Shown here in pieces: positions 50,601-62,600 of a stretch of 64,000 nt of DNA (its first letter is position 1; each line of letters begins with the position of its first letter). The translations under genes and the position numbers were made by a program. Where the stretch lies: positions 2,048,001 to 2,112,000 of the forward strand of contig CP170459.1 of NCBI GenBank assembly GCA_047947115.1, written 5' to 3'. This DNA is from Verrucomicrobiota bacterium (GTDB lineage Bacteria; Verrucomicrobiota; Verrucomicrobiia; Limisphaerales; AAA164-E04). The notes under the pieces are model-generated. The model had not been told where the DNA came from. It did no database searches and saw only the letters and a list, made by a program, of their open reading frames with translations.

Positions 50601-53600
50601 TTGGCCAACCAGTTATCAGTGACACGTTCGTCTTACAGCCTGGAGGCGTTGGAGCCTCGTGTGCTTCTTTCTGGGGATGGGCTTTCTGTTTTATCAGAGA
50701 GTCACGCGTCTTCTGGAGTCGAAGAAGATTTGTTCTGCGCTTCGGAGTCGTGTGAATTGATCCAGAATGAAACACAGGATGAAGTGACCGAATGGTTGAT
50801 TGACGGAGATCTTGATGCATTAGATTCTCTGTTCAACCAGGAGGGTACTTCGCAGGAGGACTGTATCTTCGCCGAAGAAAGTGACGCAGCGGGTGAGGCT
50901 GCAGTGAGCGGTCCACTTGAAGATGCTTCAGACGGTGAAACTGAGGAGCAGGGTGATGCTCCAACTTCCGATATTTCCAATTTTATTCCCGCTTCAGATA
51001 TCCTTTCCGAAACATCGCTTTTGGTGACGGATCAGCCGGGAGATTTCGATTTATTTTGCTATTGTTCACGTCTGGTTGAGACGTTGAATGTGGGCAATGC
51101 CCCCCCTGCTGGTGAAACCTGTTTGCCTGGCGAAAGCGCGAGGCACGATTTGCCATACCATGTTGCATCTCAAACGGTCGACCAGGTCTCTGGTTTGTTC
51201 GTCTCTTTAACGCCAGAGCAGGCAGAGTCTGTTCTGGACTTGTCTATGAGTCCGCAAGGTTATGTGGCTCAAGTCGTTGATGCTTATGGTAAGCTTGTGG
51301 CCGAGCCGACAGAACTGTCGGTCGATGCGACGGTTGTCATCACGGGCAGTGACGACCTCGACGATACTCTTACCATCCGATTGCCGGAAGTGCACGCGGA
51401 TGGATGGCTTGCCATTGCTTTTGAAGGCGGAGATGCAGGGTTTGATTCATTGGTTCTGGAAGGGCCGGACGGTGTGCTTGTTCAGTACGTTGCTGCAGGT
51501 CCTGATTCCGGTTCCATTCAAGGTGAAGGGTGGGAGATTCATTACACCGGACTTGAGCCCATTACCGACAACAGTGATGTGGCCGACCGGTTGTTCACCG
51601 CGACCGGCTCGGATGATATCATTCGCTTGAAGGACGCCGATGAACCTGGATTCATGACCATTGAAAGTGACAATGGTTCTTTTGAGAGTATCAGCTTTCC
51701 TAATCCAACTTCCTCCCTGACCATCGATGCCGGCGGAGGAAATGACCAGATCATTATTGAAAGTTTGGATCCGGCCTTTGTCGCGGGAGCAAGTGGTTCG
51801 GCTGATCCGGAATTGCATCTTCAAGGTGGCGCTGGCACGGACACCGTTTTTGTAAGTTATCCGGCGGACCTGATTCTCACCGATGCTTCCTTGGATGGTG
51901 GAAGTGATTTCAATTTGATTTTTGATGATGTTCCCGATCAAGTCGTGGTTTCGGGCGGAGCGATTGACGCTTCGGCTTTTTCCGGCGTGGCTGTGGTGGT
52001 ACCGGGTGTGCCGGATTGGCAGGACGAGGGCCCCGGGCTGATTCATTCGGATCTCACAAAAGATGCTCCTTTCCCTGAATCAGGTGCAGTTGAAGCGATC
52101 GCAGTACATCCGGGAAACGATCAAATCCTTTTTGCCGCGAGTGTAAACGGTGGCGTTTGGCGGACTGAGAATGGAGGGCAGACCTGGACGGCGATGACCG
52201 ATGAACTGCCATCACTGTCCTTTACGTCCATTGCCATACATTCCCATGATGCGGATGGTAACTTGGTGGATGCTTCCACGCCTGTTGGCAAATTGATTGT
52301 TTTTGCTGGAACAGGTCAACGAAGCGCCAATCACGAAGGTGGATTGGCGATCGGTTTGCTGCGTTCTCAGGATGGAGGAGATACCTGGGAATTGGTGGGT
52401 GTGCCGGATATGACCGGTTTGCCGCTCAGCGCCATTGTGGCAAAACGCATTTCCGGGCAGGACATTGTGCTTGTTGCAGCTGAAGGAAAAACGGTCAGAG
52501 AATCCAGCAAAGTGGAAATGCTTGGTTCACCGGATTTGACCTTCAGCGACCAGGGTGCATCATCGGATACCATCACGCGATCCGCTGGCAGCTGGATAGA
52601 TGATGGTTTTGCATCCGGTCACGAGATTGAGGTAGATGGTACCACCCGAAATGATGCGACATACAAGATTGCTTCCGTCACTGCGACCGTAATGACCTTG
52701 GAGGCCGACTCAATTCTGGTGGATGAAGCCAGTGTCAGCGGAGTAAAGGTCATCACTTCCTTGAAGGTCAAGTTGTTGAAAGAGGGAGGTGTTTTTCGTA
52801 GTGTGGATGGAGGGGATACATTTACCCAGATTCAGCCCATTGACCCTGCCGCGCAATTTTTCCCTCTGGACGAGCGCCATTTTCCGACCGGATCTGTGAC
52901 AGATCTGGCCATTGATCCTGGGGCGGAAGAACGCATCTATGCCGGTGTTCGAGGCGGCGGGGTCTATCGTTCCGATGACGCCGGAGCTACTTGGACCGCC
53001 GTGAATACGGGGTTAACCCTGGCAACCGATGACTGGGACAATGACGGAAACGGCTATGTCGATGATGCTGATGAAACGGCAGTAGGGGTGCAACGTATCT
53101 TATTAGCGGTCCAGGCAGATGATGCATCGGCGACAAACGAGGTCTATGCTGCATTGGTTGGTGGGAATGATCATTTCATAGGGATATTCAAATCCGACGA
53201 TCAGGGGGCTAATTGGTCTTTGCTCGGAGAAGCTCCCGGACGTCCCGAATTTGAATTGAGTTTTCCTGTCACATCGAATGCCGGGCTCATCGACTTCCTC
53301 GATAACAATCCCGCTCAGGATACGGTTGTGCGATCGACTGGCAGTTGGATTCGGGATGGCTTCCAAGCGGGGGATTACATTGAAATAACCGGATCTGCTG
53401 CAAGCGATGGGGTTCATTTGGTGGCTTCCGTCAGTCATGACACATTGACGATGGATGCGGGTGTTGCCCTGGATACCGAAGTTTATTTGCGCAGTATCAA
53501 AGGGGCTCCGGAATTGACCTTTGCCGATGCGAATCCCGATACTATCACGCGTAGCGTGGGGAGCTGGGTTGAGGACGGGATTGTGAAGGGGCATGAGATC

Positions 53601-56600
53601 AAGATCTCCGATACAACGGGCAATAATGGCACCTATACCGTGACCGGAGTCACTCCGCTGGTGTTGACGCTATCTGGTTCGGATTCACTCACAGCAGAGA
53701 CCATTCAGACCGCAGTAGAAATCAAAGCAAGTGCCACCGAATACGATGGTCCGGGAACGCTTCAACCTCAGATTCACCGCGGCAGCCAGGGCGAATTGCA
53801 TTTCTCAGTCACGGCGGATGCCGATGGCAATATCTATCTGGGTGGGGACCGGCCTGCCCATATTTTCCGTTGGGATCAAACAACCAGCCAATGGGATCAC
53901 ATCACCAAGCAAAACGCCACGGGCACACGTTCGCATGCTGACTCAAGAGTCTTGATTCTGGATGGAGCAGGGCAGCTTTTGGATGGGGATGATGGAGGCG
54001 TGTATCGTTTACTTAACCCTGGTGACAATGCCACGGTGACCATGACGGGATCTCCGCGCGTCACTTTCGTGGATGCCAATCCTGACCAGGTTCAACGCTC
54101 TGCCGGAAGCTGGATCACGGACGGGTTTGTCGCAGGTCAACGCATTGGTGTGACAGGTAGCTTTTCTTTGTATGGGAATGACGGGGTTTACACGATTGCC
54201 TCAGTTACCGCTTCCACTCTTACACTGGTTGCATCTGATCAGCTTCAATCCGAAGGCCCCAGATCTGGCGTCACAGTTGTCTCTTATCCCGCTTTGGCCG
54301 GCAATCCGAACCTGACTTTTGCGGATGCCTCGCCGGATACCATCACCCGTTCGGCCGGGAGTTGGGTTTCCGATGGATTTGCTGTCGGACATCACATTGA
54401 AGTATCAGGTTCATCGAGCAACGACGGCATTTATACGATTTCCGAATTGACCGCGACTCTGTTGAAAGTAACGGCAGCCGATAGTCTTGCTGCCGAAGGG
54501 CCCGTCAATGGAATCCATGTCTGGCAGAATCGTGAGTGGAAGAGTCTGAATGCATCCCTTGGTGCCACGGAGATTCTTTCCATGTCTTACGACCCGGTCA
54601 GCAATGTCTTCTTCGCCGGTACTCAGGATAATGGTGTCATTGAACAGCCTTTTCCGGCTGACGGTGTTGACAATGACGGGGACGGTATCGTAGATGAACC
54701 GGATGAACGCTTCAGGTGGTCTGTTGTGCTGGATGGACGCGGACTTCCGCCGGGCGATGGCAACATCACCGCCGTGGCGTTGTTGGATTTGGATGACGAT
54801 GGGCAGATTGACGAAGTGCGTCGCTATACCATGTCCAATAATCTCGTCAGTTTTACCCAGCGCCTTTTTGACGAAAATGGAGCACTGATCCCGGGAACGA
54901 ATCAACTTGTCGGACTTGCTTCTCCTGTGTCGCAAACCGTGAACTTCACTGTCAACATCGGCAGCGACCAACTTACCATCAATGATCATGGCTTGGTGAC
55001 CGGAGACGGACCCTTCAAAGTGGACGTTTCCGGAGGAGGTAGTCTTCCGGCCGAACTGTCAACAGATGCGCTATATTGGGCCATTCGGGTTTCTGACAAC
55101 GCCATTCAGTTGGCCGCCAATCAGCAGGATGCTTTGGATGGAAGCCAGATCAATTTGACCACGGATGGCTCGGGGACACGTCAGTTGACGAAACCTTTCC
55201 TTAGCTTTGGCAATGCCGCCATTGACGATCCCACCGATCAGATAACCATTCCCAATCATGGTCTGGCAACGGGAGCCGGGCCGTTCCGTCTGGTGACCAG
55301 TCGGGGTAGTGATTTTGGAAGTGGCCTTTATCCCTACATAGATTACTACGTCATTCGGGTGGATAACGATACCATTCAACTGGCACGTTCCAAGGCTTTG
55401 GCCAATGCGGGAACCGATTATTCCATCAAGGACAATGGTTCCGGAGCTTTCCAGCTTGTCTCTCGATTGAGTGGTTTGAACGGCAACGATGCTGCTAAGT
55501 ACACCAGTGGTTTTCGGGAGTTGGCATACGCTGTCAATCAAGTGGATGACACCCGAATGTTGCTTGGTTTGAATTCGGTTTATGCCAGCGTGAATATCGG
55601 TAGTGACGCGACTCCTTATTACGATGGTTTGGGAACGGTGCAGAGATTGTTCACTCATCCAAGCAGCGGTCAGTTCACTTCACTGGTTTACGGAGGTTCC
55701 AAGAATGGTGTTGAGAATCCCGATGTGGTTTATGCCTCCAGCTGGTCTCGCATTTATATTCAGGTTGCCAATGCCATGACGGGTAACCCCAATCTGGTAT
55801 TTGCGGACAATGGGGCAAGCGAAGATACCATTACCAGATCGTCCGGAGATTGGGAGGCGGACGGGTTTGCTCCCGGTCAGGTGATTACCATCAGCGGTTC
55901 GTCTAACAACGATCACTCTTACACTGTTCAAGCCGTGACTCCTACCGTGTTAACGGTGACTTCCGGAGACAGTCTTACTGCCGAAGGGCCCGTGAATCAG
56001 GTGGCTGTAAGTCGTTTCAGCAGGGAAACCACCCCCGGTTCGGAAACAATCAACGGGTTGGTGCTAGATCCTGATGATTACGACATCGCTTATGCCATTT
56101 CGGATGCAAACGTGTATCAGCGCACTGGACCTGGGAAATGGGAAATCATTTCAACCGAACTATCCAGCTTGTCATTGAAGAGTATTGAATTCGCCCAGGT
56201 AGGAGGGACGGACATCCTGCTGGTTGGCGGTGTGAATGGATTGTTCCGGGCAATCGATCCGCAGCCAGGAGTGACCTGGACGGAAGTGGGGCGCGGCTTG
56301 CCCAATACCTTGCTTCGTGACACAGATTATATCAGTCGCGATCCGGCTGATGCCCCGAATCCACACAACTTGTCCCGCGAAGATATTCTGTTGGTGGCGA
56401 CTCAAGGTCGCGGTGCATGGTTGACATTGTCGCCGGATGTTTATCTGGACGAAATGACTGAAATTCACATTGTGGGCGATGGCGGCAATGATGAGATCAA
56501 GATTGAACGTCGTGCAAGCAATGCCTCATTGCTGGACATCTACGTCAATAGCAATTCACCTGTTTATACACTACCTGCTAGTGCCGTTTCCAAAATCACC

Positions 56601-59600
56601 GTGGAAGGTAATGATGGAAATGATACGCTCACCTTGGACAGCACGCATGGACCGCTTTCTTTCCCGGGGGATGCTTCCGATCCTTCTAATCCCGAAGGGA
56701 TCTTTTTCAACGGAGGTGGCGGTACCAATCAATTGGTTCTGGAAGGTGGAAAAAGTCACAGCCTCACCCAGGCGAGCGATGCAGGTGTCACAACTCTGAC
56801 CATTCAGGATATTCGGGCAAATCAGCAAGCGATGTTTGCGTTTGAAAATGCCACGCTCGACAACAATCTCGTGCCGGCATCCGATCTGGAAATCTTTTAT
56901 CATGTGATGACTGAGATCTTTTTCGGTTATTCGCATTGGATGGGGTCAAATGATTCGTTGAGTGGTGATGGGATGATGGATGAATTGGCCTTGATTGGTT
57001 ACTCGCTGCCACGCGTCTTGAACGGATCTCAAACAAACGATCTTGATCCGGTCGGTGATCCGGTCGAGGAGGCTACTGAAATGGTTCAGAGCGGATCAGT
57101 TCGGTCAACTTCGGGACTGGAACGCCTGATTGAATCGGGTGAAAACGGATTTAGCCTCTCTGAAATTGGTGACACAATCCTGACCCTTGATGCTTTACGG
57201 GCCCGTCTGGATGATCTGGATGACGTGGCTGGGAATGTTGTGTTGGATGAAATCACCGATCGTGATGGTGACAGTTTGGCTGACGCCATTTTGACCATCC
57301 AAATACAGCGCACCTTGAATGGACAGGCAGCTTTGGAATTGCAGACTGAATACGGGGTAGGCGAGATTGATATCTCAGGGGACATGCATGTATCGGTCGA
57401 TGTGGTGCTGGACTTGGTGGTTGGTATTGAGACGACCGATGGGGTTTTCATTGAGACGCTGGGTGGAGCATCCGGCCTTAGTGTAAGTGGACTTGAACTT
57501 GAAGGCTCTTTGGAGGGAACCGGTCGATTGGGCTTCCTGGAGGTCTATCTTGAGGAATCCCGGCTTGTGGTCGATCCCGCATTGACCTTCGGAATCACGC
57601 TGTTGGATCCTTCTGGCGGGGATGAGATTCGTTTTGATGAATTGATGGCGTTGTTATCCGATCCCTCATCCTTGAGCGATCTGGCCGAGTTTGCCATTAC
57701 GGGATCTGCTTCTGATGACCTGGAGTTCAGTGCTGTCGTTCATGCTGCGGCCATTCTTCCCGGATTGGATGATCCATTCGATCTGGGGGATGCGGAGATG
57801 ACAGCGACATGGAGTGAGATTACCGATATTGATTCTGTGGCAATCAGCTTCAGCGTGGGGGCTGGTGAGGACTTGATTGGGTTTTTGGAAGTGACCGCGC
57901 AACGAGTGGTTGAGGCGTTGGAAACCGTTCAGAATACCCTTGAACAATTCAGTGTCGATATCCCGGAAATCGATCAAACCCTCGACGATCTCCTGCGGTT
58001 TGTGGATGGATTTGAAGACACTATTCTTTCTCCACTCCGTGAACCTGTGCATGGATCCGTATCGACAGCGACGATTCAGGATATGATTCGTTCCTGGAAC
58101 CGCGGATTGAACGAAGAACTGGAAACGGTAGGGCTTCACTTCGATGCCGACGAACTTGAGTTGACCTATGATTTCGAATACAGCCATTTCTTCGGTCGCG
58201 ACGGTGATGCCCTGGACCTTTCCTTTGATCTGGGCGGGGCGGGATCGTCCCTTGGTATGGATGCCGAAGTGTCTGTCGAGGGGACGGTGGGATTGCAAAC
58301 TACTTTGGGTCTCGACCTGGGGGCTTTGATCGGTGGTGGAGATTTTGATGACATTTTCTTTTTACAGGACACCTTGTTTGAAGGGGAATTGAATCTGAGC
58401 TTCACTGAACTGGATACGGACCTGACGGCGGGTTCGCAAACATTCAATCTTGAAGATGGTGAGCTGGTGTTGGGAGTGAGCCTGACCATTGATCCATCCG
58501 GTGCGGACGATAATGCTGACAATAAGCTGAGCCTGACTGAATTGACTTCCGCTTCCTTGGAAGATCTGGTTGATCTGGACGCTACAGGTACACTGGATGC
58601 AACGCTTCCTTTCAATGCCGATCTGAGCCTTGATTTGTTGAACGGAGCCGGGCTGGCGACGGAAGGGGATTATGTCATTACCTTGCATACGGATGATTTG
58701 TTCGGATCGGATCCCATGGACGTGACGGTCAGTCTGGATGGCAGTGTGACGGTGTTGGGACAGACGCTTGAGGGGCTCTTTACTTTCCAATCCACCACCA
58801 TGGAAGGCGAATCGGTTACTATTCTTTCGGGTGATCCGTTTACGCTGACTTTGTTTGAAGGCGCAGGGGGTGGTACCGCCCTGGTCTCTGCAATGGGTAG
58901 CGGTCACTTCGTGGTAACCGACGACGGAGTGGCAGGCGAAGCCGAGGCTGCCCTTGTGGTTGGAGTGGCCGGTTTTGCCAACCTGACAGGTGATTTTGAG
59001 GTTAGGGTCAATACCACCGAATCAGACTTCGATGCTACCTTTACGGTGGGGGGCGATTCGGTGACACTGGATCTGCCTGAAGGCCCTTACCTGCGCGTTG
59101 CGGGCGAGGATGTGAGTGTCGACTTGAGCATCGGTTCCTTCACCCAAACCGTCAGCGGCGATTTTGCTTTCGAACAAACGGGCGATGGCGATAACCGGCA
59201 AGTGGTCCTCGGGTTGAACAACGTTTCCATGACCATGGAAGCCGGCGCTTTGACCCTGGAAGCAAATGATGGTTCAGGCGCGTTCCTGCTTCAGTCAGCA
59301 GGTGTGGCAGGTGAGGCGACGATCGGAGAAGTCATTTTGAACGGCGTTCCTGGTGTTACTTTGAATGTGGTGGATCTGGCCATTCGCGTGAACAACACCG
59401 GTATGGACATCAACGACGGTGAAGCCGAACCCGGCCCGCTTACCATCGAGGTCGGCGGGGAAACCCTTTCGTTTGAATTCAGCGGTGCTTACGAGCAGGA
59501 TTATCTTTCCGTTTCAGGTGGCGCCGAAATGGTGTTGGCGGATTTCATCACTCTGTACGGAAACTTCACCATTGAGCGATCCGAACTGGATACCAATGCC

Positions 59601-62600
59601 GACACGATTGTGGAGGACGTAATCAAGGTGGGGGTTGAATCCTTGAACTTCACTTTGAGCGCCGGTTCATTTGAAGTGTTGTCCTTCTCTGATGGAACGG
59701 GCGCTTTTGTCTTCACCGATGAGGGCGTGGCAGGAACGGCTGACATGCAGTTCGAGCTGGGAATCATCGGTCTCAGTGGCGACATTGACATGGAATTGAA
59801 CACACTGAGCCGCGCGATTGAAGCCTCGGTGCCGGTGGCCTCTGGCGCGGTTGCATTTAACTTCACTGATACCGAGTTCCTTCGGGTATGTGTCACCAAC
59901 GCATTTCTCAATCTTGGCTCCACTTCGATTCCGATCCCGGGTGATTTGTTGGTCGATGTTGACACGGGCAGCGGTTCGGTCGATGTCGTGGACAAGACCA
60001 GTGGCACGGTGCTGGTTTCGGTTGCTTCGGATGGTACGATTTCCACAGGGCTTTCCTTTGACGACTTTGCGATTTCCGGTCCGTTTGAATTCATCAGTTT
60101 GCTCCGGCAATTGCTGATCTGGTTCAATGAAATGAGCGAATCGGAAGCGTTCAATGTCGAGATTCCATTCACCGATAACACGCTTGGGGAGGCGCTGGAC
60201 TGGACGCAGTTGTTCCTGGATGAAATTTACTCCAACATGATCAGCGTCGAGTTGCAGTCCGGTGAGGATATTGACGGCATGATCGCGGATGAAGGGGATG
60301 GCATTGTGGATCTGGTTGATGTGAATTTCATGTTGCAGGTCGATGACGAAACACCGGTCGAAGTCACCGTCAACGGTTCGTTCAGTTCGATTGAAAACGC
60401 CAGTGATCCTTTCGATGCATCAACCTTGGTTGGTCTTTTCAACAACGCTTTCCTCGCTGCTGGTGCGGGGCTTTCCTCACAAGTGGTCGCCCGCAAACAT
60501 GAAGAAACCGAGCCGGGTGTCGATCGATTTGTGATTGCCTTGCTGCCGGAAGCCATTGCCAAGTTGTCCTCCTTGAAGCTGGTGGAACTGGACGAGGATA
60601 TGGAAGGGTTGGGCTTTGGTCCGAGTGACGGTAATTACGGGGATGAGGACGGTAGCGAAGCCAATCCATATACAACCGAGCAGACCGCCATCGAGACACA
60701 TCGCTACACCACCGAACAATTCTTTGTCGCGTTGGGCGATCTGCTGGGGATACCCGTTACTTACAATCCGGCCCAGTTGGTTTACACCTATACCGTCGAT
60801 AAGGAAGCGACCTATGAGACGACGGTTCCGTTCAACTTCAGCGGGGACTTGGGCGACCTCGGCGGAGTGGCCGTGGAAGGGTTGGTCCGGATTGAAGCGA
60901 CTGTTGGGTTTGAGTTTACTTTGGGCTTTGACCTGGGCGCCGACGAAGTTCCAAGGATTCTCACATCGACCTTTGTGCCGACTCCAGCGAACGGCCGGAT
61001 CAGTGAAGACGCCAACTTTGACATCTTCTTCAATGATGATCTTGCAGCCGTCAGTTTCTCTGGCGCCAATGCCCTGACCGCCGCTTCCACTGCTGATAAT
61101 ACCAGTATCAATGATTTGGCGGATGATCTGAATGACCTGTTTGCCACGGTAGATTACAACGGGTCTCCGGTCAGTGACTGGTTGGTGGCGCAGAAGGCCG
61201 GCAACGGTCTGGCCATTTCGGTGCGTCAGGAACATCTGGGAGTGATCAATCGACTGAGCACCCGTTCAAATATCGATGATACGTTCGCCACCGAGATGGG
61301 ATTCGGAATCGAAGTGCTCGATCTGGACGGCAATGAAGTGACCGAGAATGATCGCTACTTTGTTTCCACATCGCAATCGGGAATGAAGGGGTTGTTTCTG
61401 GACGATGTTTCCCTTTCGGCCTCTCTGGCGGCCTACACTGAGACCGACACAGGAACTTATCCGGATGCCAATCCCGATGGGTTGACGGGAAGTCTGCAAT
61501 TTGGTTTTGTCGAATTGTCCACGAGTGAGGGTGCCTTCGGAACCTTGGAATATGATGGAACCACACCGACCGAAATCGGGATTGATCTGGGATTGGAAAA
61601 CAGTGGCAGCGGTGAAAGCCGGTTTTATCTCGCGGATTTGTTCCAGTCCCTGACGTCCACATCATTTGGTGACATGGTCAACGGACCGGATTTCTCGGGC
61701 AGCTTCCTGGCACGATTGCAGGGATTAAGCGTGAATGGATTCGATATCGGAGACCTGGCTGGAAGTGACCCTGAAATCTCCGTTTGGATCCCTGATATCA
61801 ATGATCTCGAATACAACGAAGACCCCTATGATGGCACCAACACCGGTGTGTTTGTGACATACCCAAATTTGGGACACTTGCAGAACTTCCAAAACTTCAG
61901 TTTCGCTCAATTGATCAATGCGCTTCGGGTATTGGTCGACAACCTGAGCGAATTGAGTGCGTTTGGATTCCTGGACAAGAAGATTCCGGTGATTGATGCC
62001 AGCGTGAATGATCTGCTGGATTATGCTGCGAAGTTCGCCGAGTTGGTGGAAGAAGCAGCGAATCAACCTGCCGGGTCATTGCAGGCAGCGATCACCGAAC
62101 TGGAATCCCAGATCGAATCCCTGTTCAATCTTGATCCCAGCATCCTGACCGTTTCCATTGATACCAATGGAATCACTCCAGACCAACTGGTATTGAGCGG
62201 GGGAGATGGCTCGAATCCGGCTGGCACCACTCTGGATCCAGAAGGCGACAACAATGGACTTGTCATTGAGAGCGCATCCAACGGCACGGGGGATAACGGC
62301 ATCTCGATACGTCTAGTTGGTGATTCAAGCGTGAGTGGAAATGATGCCAATGTAGAGTGGGACAGTGTGCAGCGAGTCCTCACACTAGGTATCCGGGGCG
62401 GAGAGACGACCGCTGCAACGTTGCGTGATGCCATCAATGCGCTGTCGGGAACGCCCTTTTTTGCCTCTTTGCCGGGCGGTGAGGATGGTAGCGGGACATT
62501 GAGGACAACCGCATTGAAATTCGGGTTCGACTTTACCGCTGCCTATGGCAACCTCCTACCGCTGCAATTGGATCTCAATGCGTTGGTGAATCAATTGGCA

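Noticed and set aside
51100..51106. C7 run near the 5' end of the giant gene as a phase-variation switch
   Set aside because: Short, and explained by Ala-Pro-Pro codons; no evidence of slippage.
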